Shown: positions 36,400 to 49,765, counted from the first letter of the whole stretch. The stretch: DNA of 58,939 bases, filler included, from Asterionella formosa (GCA_002256025.1; 4 parts of 4 records of this genome joined end to end with filler, not necessarily neighbours in it); one strand, 5' to 3'. Made by a program: numbers and translations. Notes: a model not told the origin generated them from the sequence alone.

Positions 36400-38330
36400 T
36401 TTTATTTGCAGACATCATGGTTCTGGCACCAAACATCTCCATCCAACCAACCAGACTTAAGTTTTACATCACACAGGGACGAAGAACACAAACCAAGTGG
36501 CACCAACCATGCAACAGTAGCTAACCCAGGCGACTTACTCTCCACAGGCCTAGTTCAATATAGAAGACACACAGCAGAAGACCCTATCCAGAGGGGCCCC
36601 CAGTCAAATAGGGATACAATTGCAGAGTTATCTAAGTATCATTGAAAACTCCTAGATCACCTTCATTTTGCACAACCCTTGGGTAAGGCATGATGCCTGA
36701 TCCGGCGCTTACAACTGGGAATAAAAATAAATATCGCTACAGGTGGATCAATGCATGACAGGTGATGGCCATTGTTCCTTCGGCTGGTGCCTCCGCTCGC
36801 TAAGGCTCACAAACACAACCAGAGAAGCCATAGGGATATGCTCAGGTCCAGTGGACGGAAATCAGAATACAAATAGGTCCACAAGAACAGAATTATTTGG
36901 GATAGCCTCAAGGCTACTTTTTCTCTCATCTCTCCATCATTCTTCTATGAGATTTTTTTTAAACACAAGCTCAACAGTACAAAAATGGAGCAACAGCGCC
37001 GCATCATTGTCAAGGATAACAAGACACACAGGCCGCCCCCCCGCAAAGACAGACATAGTGTCGACAATCATGGCAATTATTGCCAATAAAAGCCCACCAG
37101 GACGACGATCCATCCAAAACCCTGTCATACACGGCGGCAATGAATGTCAAAGCAGATGAACTATCATCAACCTTTCTAACTGAGGACAATGGCGGTCCCA
37201 TCAAAGACTCGGAACGTTTCGCCGAGATGGGGGCGAGTCTCCTCAACCAAGGCATCAGAATCCATAGCTGACCGGGCGGGTCAATATGCAAGGCCATACA
37301 GGAAAGGAACTATGACGTATAGTATTTTCAAGAAAAATACAGGCTAACCAAAAATATCACGAGAAACATAGATTGGACGAGCTTGTCCACAGCATGCAGC
37401 ACCAAGACAACTGAAATAAAACATTTCGTCACAAAATTTATCCACAGGTGGCATCCCAGTGGAATGAGACGAAAAATGAAAGAAGCGGGCCTGGAAGGAT
37501 GCCCACACTGGTGCGGACAACAGGAACACAACAAGCATATACTTCTCTGCCAGGATCGAAAGGCAAAATAACTACAAGGCATCAGACTCACAGCCCTTGC
37601 TTACCTCATCAACGCATCAGAGACAGGCAGGTAACGAGGTATCGAAGATTTGAATAGCATCATTAAAACACATGATGAACGGGCAAGAGCAACAAGAGAC
37701 TTTCCAACCCACTTTCTCATCTAACACCAAAAAGCCTACTAAGGTCACATAGTTAAGGCACCTATGAGCCACTAAATACAACTGGGGGCAAAACGCACAT
37801 TACGAAGTTACATGAGCAGAAGTTGGAACAAGGTGCTGGCAAACAGCCAGCAACACATCGGACCACCAAACAACCATCAGTACGCATTGCGGCCAGTGGG
37901 CATGACAAGCAATCACACAACTCTTGATGCTCATTCATAGCACCTGGAAAACAAGAAACGAGGAACTACACAAGGCCAAAAAGGAGCAGATATCTCATTC
38001 AGCAGACAATGAAAGAATTCGGAACTTCTATCTGCTACTACACAAGACAAACACAACTTTAGCACGGAACTAACAATCCTCCTCAAATCATGGCTGCCAA
38101 GAAAGAAAAGAAGGCTCTTACTAGAAAGAGCGGAATTTCTGATTGAGGCATCCTGTACTCTTGCTGCGATGAGTCAAAAAACCATGACATGATGACGAGC
38201 TCCACCACCAACCTAGTACCACGGCACACAAAAACAAAGAGGATCGAACAACTCTGAGGCACACCGAGGTAGCCAAACCGCACAACATCCGACGGTTTTC
38301 CCGACCAGGCATAGAACACAGTTGATCCAT
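36400..38330 (+). mobile_element. Degenerate non-LTR retrotransposon 3' region (RNase H + CCHC knuckle)
   Basis: Across frames: GHCSFGW, GPVDG...STRTELFG, IKAHQDD, NVKADEL and CPHWCGQQEHNKHILLC, with many stops and frameshifts. Confidence 0.7.
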
Positions 38331-38508
38331 TTTTTAAAACAAGACTCCCATAGGAGGGAGTGACCATCACCACACTATCCACCGCCATGAACATTGGGCC
38401 ATGAAGCGCAATGTACACAATCATTTCGCTCGGCTCATATTAATGCGCAATAAAAATTATTTACTTATATATATATTTTTGTTTAGCTATATAATAGGTA
38501 TATATTTA

Positions 38509-38680
38509 CGCAATTCCCGCTCCAGCTATTGTCTTGCTATTTGGGTCCTTTTTAAGTAATTTTTAGGCTCTAAGTAATTTCTTAAATAATTTTTATTTAG
38601 GGGCGATATGGGGCACATTGAAATTTTCGACATTAAAATTGCCGATTTTAGCATGACAGCCAGAATAACGGTAAATGCTG
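38509..38680 (-). repeat. Inverted copy of the dispersed transposon-end repeat
   Basis: Reverse complement of 14968-15130 (GCAATTCCCGCTCCAGCTATTGTCTTGC...ATTGCCGATTTTAGCATGAC). Confidence 0.8.
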
Positions 38681-41362
38681 GTTTTTTCAATTGTTCAAAT
38701 AACACCAAGGAGGAAAAAAAATTTGACCATCGAAAAATTCGCATAAAAATGATTGTAACAAATGGAGATGAAAAAAATGATCATCATGTTTATTGCAATC
38801 AAAGTATGATTTCATGATTGAATCATAAACAACAAAGTTAAGCAACGAGAAGATGATTCAAGTAGGGAGAGATCGAAGGAAGAGAAAAGGAAAGGAATAT
38901 AGATTGAGTGAGAAAATCGTCAACAGAAAATATATTTAACTTCAACATCACAAAAAACTTGCACTCTGTTTTTCGTTCACGTCATCACAGAAATGAATTT
39001 TTTAATATGGAGGAGGTGCTGGGGTAATAGTATATTGATGTTGGTGAGGTTGAGGTGGATGGGTGTGTGCTGGAGTTGAAGCCGACTGGTGGTGGTAGTA
39101 AACTGGTGCTGGTGGTTGACTGCTGGTTGGAGGCAGCAGATGATAGTATGCTTGAGGAGGAGGAGCAGGAGGAGGAGCATGGGAGTATTAAATTTGTTGT
39201 GGTGGCGCCTGCAGTGAATGAAAATATGGCTGGTTGCTGATAGAAACATGCTATGTTGTTGGGTGGGGGAAGGGTACCAGAATGGTAGATTGCTTGTTGT
39301 GGAGGCGGCGGACCAGAACTGGTGTATATGTGTTGGGTTGTTTGAGGCGGATGGGATTAGTAGTGAACAGGAGACAGAGCAGGAGCCGCAGTAGCAGACA
39401 TCAAAACAACTTTAAAATTGACAGTAGGATCGTCATTTGGAGTTGAAAAATTCCAACTGATTTGTTCACATCAGGAGGAACAAATGTAAAGTCGGAAGTA
39501 TATGATATCTCAGGAGTTTCAAGCTGGTCCTTGGCATCTTCAAACTTCTCAAAAACTTCAATCATTTGATGGCAGTTGGTACCTGGCATTTATTTCCACT
39601 GATCCATGCCTGGATTTATCAAGAATAATCTTCGTAGCTAGATAATGCAACACTAGAGCTGACAAGTGAAGAAATCATACTCGTCCTCCAACCATGGGCA
39701 GTGCAATAGGGGTATATTCTATCTTCGGATATGGTAAGGACATCATTTCTGGAAAGAAACTGCAGTTATGTATCGTAGAATCGTAACTATCGCAAAAAGA
39801 GTCAAAAAAGTGGCTAAAAAGCTTTTCTAAAAATCTACAATACGTAACTGCAGTTTCTCTCCAGAAGTTAACTCCTGACGTTATAGGGCACATGGGTATC
39901 TACTTTAATCTTGATAAAACCCCGCAGATGTAGAGCAATCCTCCTCCATAAAGTCTACCTGATCGGCTTTTTCAACAGTCGCCAAAATATTGGAATCGGA
40001 ATTTGTATGTGCAAAACTTTCTTGTAGACTTAGAGTCTTGCGTAGAGGTATGTTTCGCTGCTTAATAACTCTCAGTCCGAAAAGACTCCAGTGAACTTTG
40101 CCGCGTCCCTACACATATTCTGATTGGTTGAATTGACTTAACTTACCTGCTCCAGATTGGCTGAAGTATTCCAGTCTTGTAAAATCACGCCAGCCACACT
40201 TGAACCAAACCTATTAGATGTACCATACCAGCAGGAAAAATCAGTACCGGTACACCGGTACTAGTTTTTCATCCTGTCTTTCATCATCATGAACCAAGAA
40301 TATGTACTACCAGGTACCGGTACCATGCTGATCTTTATTAAACCAACATTCAGCAGTGTAGATTCAATATAATGTATAAACACAAACCATGAGCATACAT
40401 GTTGGCATACTCCTGACTTATACATGTGTTTTGGCATTGAGCAAAATCATGTCTACATCCAGCAATGTAGATATAGTATCAACGTTTAAATATCATTTTT
40501 GTTTGTTTCAAATGGAACTCTATCAATCTGGCGCCGATTCCAATTTAATTCAAATATTCAAATGGACACTCGAATCATGGGAATTCATAGTAGGAAACTC
40601 CCTGTTCCATGCTGTTTTTATAACCCTAGCGATATTTTCTCCAAACTAGGGTTAAACCGGGGCCGCAACCTTAAACCATGCATGGTTGTTTTCAGGACCA
40701 CGTACGTATGTAGGCTAGATGAGTACTGGTAGCTAGACTGCCCGTTTAGGCAGCATCATCAGATGCATGACCGGAGCAAAAACTTGCCACCAACATCAGA
40801 TATATCGATATCATTGTTCCTCCGACGAAATATGGACGATGCGATTACATGAATCCCTCGAGAAGACAATCAATCCAACAATCAACTGCATCCTTTAGAC
40901 AATGAATCGCTACTGGCATCATCACTGAACTGATTTCGCTTCAACGAGGTGAATTCTAGATATAAATTATTAAAATCTGTATAGTATATAAAATGGTTTT
41001 CTTAAGTACCGGTAGACCCCTTGCCGATTTCAGCAATCATCCTCAAATGGACGGAAAAATGTGGATGATTTTCCCCACAGATTTGAAATGCCGGGTTTAT
41101 GTTAGTCTAAGTAATCCTCTATGGTTGATCATTTCGAATACTGTACGACATACTAACTACGGACGTACATCAAAGATACACGGTATACCTTTACACGAAA
41201 TTTCATGTCCATATACAGTACAACAGGATTTAGCGCTACTGGTACCTGGTACCAGGTACCAGGTCCCATCAGTGGTCGATGAGGTATTGCACTAAATATA
41301 CTGCCTGTTGTACTTTATAGTCATAAATTGTCAATCAAATCTTGTAGTAGTATAGCTAACAT

Positions 41363-43041
41363 TTAGACTTCTTGCAAGTTTGCTGATGCTTCACCATCTT
41401 TCAAAATGGCAATAACCATTGGATCACCAATGTATGGAATACAATTTCCAGTATTAGTGCCACAACTTCTTACAACATTTCTCTCTGTAGGCATTTGTCT
41501 AAAAGCAGTGCTCCACTTCAGACTTGCAACACGTCTCTTCCTCCCTTGAGCAGTCATAGGTGAAATACCAAGACAGTCCTTGCATTGCTCAAGAGCAACA
41601 AGGACATTTTCTCTTGTAATTGGAGGTTGCAGGAAGCCTCGATTTTTTGCTCTGCCATCCAATCTTTTCATTATCTTCCTGAACTCATCTAAACACTTGA
41701 TCCCCCTTTTGAATCCTTTCCAGAAAACAACTTTCTCCTCACCATTGGCACCATCAGCATTCGCCCTTGTGACAGTCTCAAAACTGATATCACGATTGTC
41801 TAAAAACTGTAATGGCCCAATTTTAATCCTGTCATCTCCCATATGCCATAAACAGTAAGCAACAGCTACAGCACAAAGCGGGAACTGCCATCCAACTGGA
41901 ACTCACCGGAACAATCCATCATGAGGATGCAAAAACAGATGGGAGGATGATATCTGGCTGTTTGGAGTTGTTGGGTTATTTGATGCAGCATAATTCCTTG
42001 TTGCTGCTTGGTCTAGTCATTCAGTCAACCCAAGGAGCTTTTCCCAATAATCTTTTCCATGATGGCCTACATTCGATTTTCTGAAATGACATCAGCATAA
42101 GTTCGATCATTGAGCATTTTCTCAAAATCACTAAGCAGTGATGGACCAAGTCGGAGAAAATCACAACTCATTTGCTCTATGGTAGCAAGGTGCGCAACAT
42201 GTGGAGGAATGCCAGTCAATTTAATTGCGAAAAAATCCTTTTCTTCAAATGGATATCGAACAACAACCTGATCTGAAAGTGCTGCAATTTCATTTGATGT
42301 ATACACTCCTGTCAAATGCATCAATGATGTTTTATCCTTTCTGAGTATTTGTAGATTCTCCATGTGATGCAACACACAAGCAAGACCCACTTGAAGAAAT
42401 GGAATGAGAGCTACTTGTCGACGAAGCACATCACCAAATAAGGCCCGCAAGCCAGCAAGAACCTTTCCATCAAGAATCAACTGGTCTTGTATGGCACTAT
42501 CATTACATGGGATTTTCACCCAAAAATTTGGCTCAGAAACAGGAAACCGAGCTGAGAGTAATGGTAACCCAGCTAAAATGCGACCAACATAATGGTCACC
42601 TGCTTTTTCATACAGCATATAGAAATCTCTGACACTGCCTAGAGTCTAACCCCCACGGTTATTAATGTATGGCAACACTTGATAGGCTTGCTGTTGATCC
42701 ACTGGAAGCATAAGTTGTTGCACCTTTGCGTATGCTGTGGGTGCCTAGTTCATAAATATCATACCCATCTAAATTCACCTCATGCTTCTTGAAAAGTTGC
42801 TTGAGAATCTTTCTAAAGCGATCCTCTTGATTTGCACCTGGAAAGAGTGGCCCATCAGGGTTTTGGATAATATGTGGGTTGACACAGATGTACTAAAAAA
42901 AGCAGTGATTGGACACACAGAAAAATCCTCAGGATTTGTATACACATGTATGGGTTTGTAGTTTTTTGATCCATCCTGATCATTCTTCATATGAGAGAAG
43001 CAAATACCCACAGAGCTACCTGGTATACCTCGTCCACACAA
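41363..43041 (-). mobile_element. Crypton-type tyrosine-recombinase transposon relic
   Basis: Translated pieces KNDQDG, HVYTNPEDFSVCPITA, ELGTHSIRKGATTYAS (H-x-x-R, ~42700-42752) and YEKAGDHYVGRILAGL are typical of stramenopile Crypton YR proteins. The frame is broken by stops and frameshifts. Confidence 0.8.
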
Positions 43042-44188
43042 CCTCTAATATACTACATGGTGTAAAAAGTATTACCTTTTAGTTGATAGATCTATCGTTA
43101 GACAAAGAAGACTATAGATCGAGACATTATTTTGTTTCTAGATTCTTATTGTCAGTTACTAAGCAAACTAGTAAGGTTTGTTCAGTTTGAGTAATCAAAC
43201 AAACTATTTTTCCAAATGCTGTTTGCATTTGTCAGAACATAAATTCATAGATAGACCCATGTCTATCTTACACTTATTGATCATAAGTTTATAACCATTG
43301 ATTGTTCGATTCAAACTATTGGTCTTCCAAATAGTCTATACTGTCCAGCTCATTATAGCAGAATGAAATCATGTGCTCAGTCGACTGCTAGTCATAGCTA
43401 CCGGTATGTAGATGACGAGCACACGGTACCAATACCTGTACCTGGTACAGGTTCCATACACTCAACTCTCAGCGGTTACCAAGTCCCAGGTACTGGTGGC
43501 ACCTGTGGTAAGCAGGAGTACCCCCGCTATTAGACATTCGTAGTGAATCTATTATTTATGTAGGCCTACAGTGGTACAAAATTGAACGCACTTTCTACAA
43601 AGCAGGGGCTGAAAAAATGAATCACGGCGGAAGCAAGCAAAAACCGCTGCTGACAGAACTGGCCGTTAGGAAAAATGTGGACGAATCCCCCACAGATTTT
43701 CGTACAGACACTGTATATGTTCCACATTTTTCTGTACGTCCCAGGGCTGGAAAACCGAGGGGCAACTTAATCAGGGCAGAAAAATGGGGAGTTTTGTCTC
43801 CCCAAAAATTGTACTATCAAGAAAAGAGGACGCTTGTACAAACCGCATGTTTGTATAATCCTGTGAATCATTTGTCGTCTTATGCACATATGTAGCGGTA
43901 CCTGGTACCAGGTACCGGTATACCGGTATATACATAGTTCGGCCAATCAACAACACAAACATTTCTTGCGGTGTATCAATGTGGGTACCGGTACATCGCT
44001 TGATGTACCAAAGAATTCAATAAATGTTGTCGGTGCCAAGGCTATTGTAGAGGCTGTCAAGGTCAATGACTTCCAGTAAAAGTTAGTTATAGGCAGTATA
44101 TACATGTAAATAACAATTTCAATTAGCTAAACCTCCTGCCTCTTGAGGCGGGGGGGGGGGGGGGCGGGGGGGGGGGGGTGGGGGGGTG

Positions 44189-44288
44189 NNNNNNNNNNNN
44201 NNNNNNNNNNNNNNNNNNNNNNNNNNNNNNNNTTAATTAATTAANNNNNNNNNNNNNNNNNNNNNNNNNNNNNNNNNNNNNNNNNNNN
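44189..44288. other. Artificial contig spacer
   Basis: 44 N + TTAATTAATTAA + 44 N. Confidence 0.97.
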
Positions 44289-45488
44289 GTATTAACTTGT
44301 GTAGACTCTACGACTTGGATCGTGATGGAAATTAATATAAGCCAACCACATCACTTATATGATTATTCGACCAGAATCATGACATGCACGAAATATTTCT
44401 GCATCATGAGGCAGCAGACGAAATGATTCTGTGAACACTTCCGGCAAGCCGACAACATCAAGGCCAGAACTGCCTGAGCCTTTAGCATTCAGCTTGATAA
44501 TCGCTCCACAACAAGCATGCAAGTTGCAGCTTCGACTTTTGAAATAGATCTCAGGACAAGGATATCGCCATCGCAAATGTCATTGGCATCGCTCGTGTTG
44601 TTGTTGATTGTTGTTTCATGATGGTGACCGGTAAGAATACAATTATAGTAAATTCATTAATAAATAGCTAGAATACAATAATATGCTGTTATTTTTTCTG
44701 TAGACATAAAATATTTGGGGGTGTTGTGCCAGATGTACGAAGGGGGGTACAGGTATCTGGGGGGATACGAGACACCAGGTTTTACGGTATCTAATTTTGA
44801 ACGGCAGAATGTACCATATGTACAGATTGCCGGCACATACAAGTTCCCAGCACCTGTACCTGGTACTCCTACCAGGTACCAGTCGCACGCCTGCCTTATC
44901 GCCCAATTCGGACATCGGCAGCATTCAATTTTGGGGTCTACGTGTGGTGAAAGCAAAGCACGGAACTTTGTACATGTGCTATGCGTTTTGCTCAATTACG
45001 GACATGTAGACAGCATAATCGTCCGTTGGGAACTTTCTGAGATTTCTTACATAAAAACGTGGATGCCGGTTGCTTTATGCGTGTTGATGACGAGTCTATA
45101 TTTTCCTATAGCGCCTGCCTTGGTACGTTATTCCTATACGACGTGCAGGCTGGCTCCATACTCAGGATACGGACGATGAATTTGGTGATTCCAATCGAGA
45201 GTGGGCGCCAGCAAGGCTGGCGGCGATACAAAAAAGAATATGCATAAAATAAGCAAAATCAAAAAAAGGGGGTGATCGTCGCTACCAGTATACCGGATGT
45301 ATACACAGTACACATGTCCAAATTTTTGAAGTATTTTGTCGGAGTTTCAGAGAGAGAGGTGAAAATTTGCGCATCTCCATTTAGGCGACAGTGAGCATTT
45401 GTACACATAGATGCTCACTATTCGGCCTTGTTAATTCTCCCATGCCCTTCCGTATTTTGTGGCCCCTTCCATTCTTCACTCACTCAGC

Positions 45489-46739
45489 ATGATTTCCAGA
45501 ATTCTTGTTCTCGCCTCCCTCCTCCCGAGGATAATAAACGCATTTCCTTCTAGCATTGGGTCTTGCTTATCCGGTATTGCGTCGGTGGACCAAGGTGCGC
45601 ATGCAGCTGTCCGCCAAAAGGACGGAGGAGGGGGAGGCATTGGACTCGCAGGCTTTGAAGTGCTGATTGATGGCGAACAAGTCTACGAGAACTTCAATTT
45701 TAAATTCACTGCTGGCGTAGTCCACACCATTGAGCTTGTCGCCACGGCCGATATCTTCAGAGGCTTCTTGTTGAGACTGGAGTCAATGGACGGACAAGAT
45801 ACTACAAGTGCCCTGGTTTCCTCTGACAACAATGCAGAGGTTCCCTTCATGTGCACGGAGTGGGAACAAGTAGGTGGCCTGGGTCACAACTCTAACTCCG
45901 CGAAAACTTCCATCAATGGAACTATCTACGTGGCGAACCCCACGAGTGCCTTGACACTAGGAGTTACTGTTGTTGTCTCGACCATATACAGTTATGGTAC
46001 TGGGGAATTCTACTATTCTTCCTTTCTGCTCCAAGCCGTCGCTCAAGGCACGTCTATAATCCGTGAAACCCCACCTTACAACTTAGCTACTCCTGCACCT
46101 TCACCTCAATGCAAAGCAGATGGAGTACTTTGTGAGTATGATGGCGCATGCTGTTCTGGCCGATGCATTCGCGAAGATACCCAAGCAATTTATGCCAATG
46201 GTTATTGCTTAGTGAGTGGCTCTGGTACGTATCAAGCGCCAGGTCAAGATTATATAATTGGAACACCTATACCGACACTGTCACCGACAGTAGGGAGCTC
46301 ATCAGTTGTTGTGACCAATCCAGCACCAACCCTAAAACCTACCTTTCCAGTTACCCCAGCACCATCAACACCTGCACCAACACTCGCACCAACACTCACA
46401 CCAATTCCAGAATTTACCGTATTGGTTGCAACGACACCATCACCTACTTTATTGGTTGCAACGACACCATCACCTACTTCAATGCCAGTTCCTACATCAC
46501 CTACCCCTGCACCCACTTTGCCCTCGCCTGGTACCCCTTCTCCCTCGTCCATGAGTGTAGGGGTTACAAGTCAGACCAAGGAATCCCCTACATGGTCACC
46601 AGATACGTACGCACCTGTCACAGTCGTGATGGCTAACAGTGCGGTAAAAGGAACTGTTCTTACTTCCCTGGCTATGCAAAATGGAGGATGGACACTCCTC
46701 ACGAGTTTGCTCTCAATACTGACTATCTTATTGGTTTGA
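45489..46739 (+). CDS. Cell-surface protein: signal peptide, Reeler-like domain, small Cys-knot, P/T-rich stalk, GPI-signal-like tail
   Basis: Leader MISRILVLASLLPRIINA-FPSSIGSC; Reeler-like FRGFLLR and GLGHNSNSAKT; CKADGVLCEYDGACCSGRC...C; TPAP/TPSP repeats; terminal LLTSLLSILTILLV with no cytosolic tail. Confidence 0.8.
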   Translation: MISRILVLASLLPRIINAFPSSIGSCLSGIASVDQGAHAAVRQKDGGGGGIGLAGFEVLIDGEQVYENFNFKFTAGVVHTIELVATADIFRGFLLRLESMDGQDTTSALVSSDNNAEVPFMCTEWEQVGGLGHNSNSAKTSINGTIYVANPTSALTLGVTVVVSTIYSYGTGEFYYSSFLLQAVAQGTSIIRETPPYNLATPAPSPQCKADGVLCEYDGACCSGRCIREDTQAIYANGYCLVSGSGTYQAPGQDYIIGTPIPTLSPTVGSSSVVVTNPAPTLKPTFPVTPAPSTPAPTLAPTLTPIPEFTVLVATTPSPTLLVATTPSPTSMPVPTSPTPAPTLPSPGTPSPSSMSVGVTSQTKESPTWSPDTYAPVTVVMANSAVKGTVLTSLAMQNGGWTLLTSLLSILTILLV

Positions 46740-47290
46740 TTCTTCAAAGCCATTATCTGTTTAGAGCACAAGTTCTGCATTGATAGTGGGTGTAGGAAAG
46801 GTTGAAAGATTTCAACCTTGCCCAAGAAGGTGCTTGTTGTTTGCAAGAAACAACACAATGTCCTTCAAATATGGTCACTTGACATGATGCAAGACACTGT
46901 AGTCAGTACACTATCAGATTCTACTTTGCACAAGGGATGAAGCAATTTTTGTTTATAGGCAAAATTGGTAATGTCTAGAATCTGATGAGCAAGTCAATGA
47001 AAGTATTAGACTGGTCTTTTTCTCTGCTTTGGCAGTGGTAATGCCAGTACCACACAGCATACCACAATTAGCCCTGCCAAAATCCAATCTACAGAACGAC
47101 AATGATTGATTAGGAGAAGTTATTGTATAGCTAGATCTATAAATCACTGGACTACATACTCCATATGACTTATTCCTACTGGAGACCTGTCGTGACAGAA
47201 ACACAATACCAGCTAGACTACTGGAAGATAAATGCAGCAAAACATGTATGTGGTAGGGTGGTGATACCTGTATCGAAACCTGGTCCCGGG

Positions 47291-49765
47291 TGTAAAGAAA
47301 ATTAGCTCGAGTCACGAGGATTATGGACTCGATTGTAATCCAATGAGTCGAATCTTGCATTGCCACACCAATAAGCTGTCTAACGAGATCAATGATTGAA
47401 GTTTTCTATGGAAATGTTAAGTGGAAATTCGAAGAGTCTTAGAAGCACTTTGTGGGAAGCTAAAATGCATGGAAAGGAAACATTTAGTTTAGCTTATAAT
47501 TTTAGATTATCAATTGAGTAAACAGTGTGTTAATTGACAGGAAGGTCAATTAGTTTATCTAACAGGAAGGCTAGAAGCAGAGAAGAGAGAAAAAGTAAGT
47601 GGTACTAGGTAGTACTACGAGCACGTAAGAGCCTACGTGAAGAGAGACCCAGCCCGAGGGAAGGAGTACAGAACTTTTCAACATGATTTAAAGCTGAAGG
47701 ATTTAAAAGGGTACTCAAGAAGTTGGGAATTGAAGACAAATCATCAGGAGTGCATTTGCCAATGTTCAATGGTACCAATGCCAAGTTGCATGTCTGGAAA
47801 GCTAAGCTTGTAGCCTATGCCTGTTTCAGAGGCTTTGAAGGAATCCTAAGTGGAGATGAAGTATCACCAGGTTAGACTCAGCCAGGGTGGAGATTGTCCT
47901 GAGCGACAATGATGAGAAGTGTGGGTTTTCCGATTTTACTGATTCTATGATATCTAAACGAATATAGTAGCTATAATTAAAATCGTTTACAATTCACAAG
48001 CAACTATTAGATTCTATCTATTTGACTAGTATATAATAACAAATGAGGGAAAGGTGACATGATCACTGTCATCAAATCATCATTAATTTGTTGTAGTTAT
48101 TGCCAACATAATGACAATGAACAATGACTTATACTGGTAAACCATTACCGGTACTGTTTCATGGGTCAGTGTCCAGGGTATATACCGGTATATTAATACA
48201 TGTACGCAATGTATGCATACTGATTCGAAGATGAGCAGAATAATTGGGTTTGTGCTTGCTACATTCTAAGTAGTCAACACGGAATCCTAGCTATGTCATG
48301 TCGTACTGGGTAGGTAACTTTAGAAAATAGTTACTCCATGGTAATGCGTTTAGGCAAAACTTATGGGAATGCATAAAGGCACAGAATCTCCTACCAGTAA
48401 TACAAACAACTCGTTTGCGTTTGGATTTTCACTTCCGTTAGCACCACATTTTAGGATTACAGAAACCGAAACACTCTTTGGTTGGCGTTTTTGTTAATGT
48501 TTAGCACTGGACTTAAGTACCAAATGCTTATTTGCTTTTAACTTAAGGTTCCTGCATTTCAACCCTAAGGCAAAAATTAAAATATTGCTTAGGTTTGCCG
48601 AAATTCCCTGAAACAAATTATTTTTATGAGCTACTTTTGAATGACAAGATTCCATTTGAAAAATTCAAATCAGTGGAAATTTGCGCATACATAATTAGAT
48701 TCCTTTTTGAATTCGCTAAATATATATATATATATAGTCTACATCATCGCTCGATGTATACATAGTAACCTATACCGGTAATACAATCAACATGTATGTG
48801 GCAGCACATGAGCTGGCAGCATGGCAAATATTGTTGATGACTACCGGTAAGAAACAAACAAACATAACAATCCATCATGAGCGAAAAATTACAACACATC
48901 ACAACAATGACAAGAACGGCAATCACGAATTTAATTACAGTCAATTCCTTTCTGATTCATCACACCAGGTCCACATACTTCTTCGCCCTGCCTTTTTAAA
49001 GTCCAATAGCCCGGTCTCCATCGAGCGTCCATCAAAAGCTGATTGTCTCCGGTTGAAAATAAATTATGGAGCATTGATTAAAAAACGGAACCTATCATTG
49101 GTTTATTTTACGGAATCATCAAAGGCACCAATCAACCACTTGTTTGGCTGCCATGACTTTTTTGGAGACATGGTGTCCTGTGAAAGCAGGAAAAAATGTT
49201 AGCAATGGAAAATATCACGATATGAAAACAGAAAGACCATTGTATGATTGGTTAATGTTCAATGTTGCAGCAAAAGTCAAAGGCGCAAAGCTTCTATTAT
49301 TGTATCATCCCTTGTTCAATAAACAGATTAACGAAGCAATGAACAATACAGTTTCAAGATGATGTCCAAAAAATGTGCTTGCAGAATCTGGTAGCCTACA
49401 ATATAGAGTGGCTTCGGTTGCTGGAAAACACGAACACAAGGAGTCACAATGACTTAAGCAGCAAGGGTCATGAGCACAAGCCAAGCCTCCTCCATGGAAG
49501 CGTGCCAGCCCTTACACGATGCGCTCTCAATATATCTATCAAGTTTTGTATAATTAGCTAATGATAAAAAATGTTTCCTTTCCATGCATTTTTGCTTCCC
49601 ACAAAGTAATTCTAAGACTCTCTTCGAATTTTCACTTAACTTTTCCTTAGAAATTTTTAATCCTTCATCTTGTTAGACAGCTGATTGGTGTGGCAATGCA
49701 AGATTCGACTCATTGGAACACAATCTAGTCCATAATCCTCGTGACTCGAGCTAATATTCTTGACA
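47291..49765. mobile_element. Mutator-like (MULE) relic with ~195-bp imperfect terminal inverted repeats
   Basis: 47291-47485 is the reverse complement of 49569-49765 (e.g. CAATGAGTCGAATCTTGCATTGCCACACCAAT vs ATTGGTGTGGCAATGCAAGATTCGACTCATTG). Internal + strand fragments APINHLFGCHDF..WCP and NKQINEAMNNTVSR.CPK (~49120-49370) resemble the C-terminal motifs of Mutator-like transposases. Confidence 0.65.
47528..47875 (+). mobile_element. Nested Copia 5' fragment (short LTR + start of gag)
   Basis: TGTT...CAACA (47528-47683), then a degenerate PBS-like TGATTTAAAGC and EDKSSGVHLPMFNGTNAKLHVWKAKLVAYA (Copia gag N-terminus pattern). Confidence 0.55.

Larger units (their letters stand above)
31546..41037 (+). 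repeat. ~400-bp dispersed direct repeat (31546-31977 and 40677-41037)
   Basis: CATGCATGGTTGTT...CATGACCGGAGCAAAAACTTGCCACCAACATCAGAT...GGTGAATTCTAGATATAAATTATTAAAATCTG...GCCGATTTC is present twice. The motif that follows, CCAGGGCTGGAAAACCGAGGGGCAA, recurs at 43741. Confidence 0.85.

Noticed and set aside
38977..39960. Possible minus-strand gene with Pro/Gln-rich and Cys-containing pieces
   Set aside because: Multiple stops and no consistent splice model or family motif; probably a decayed TE ORF that I cannot classify.
43960..44079. LRR-like peptide LDVPKNSINVVGAKAIVEAVKVN
   Set aside because: A single RNI-like repeat with no supportable gene around it, next to a contig end; at most a pseudogene crumb.
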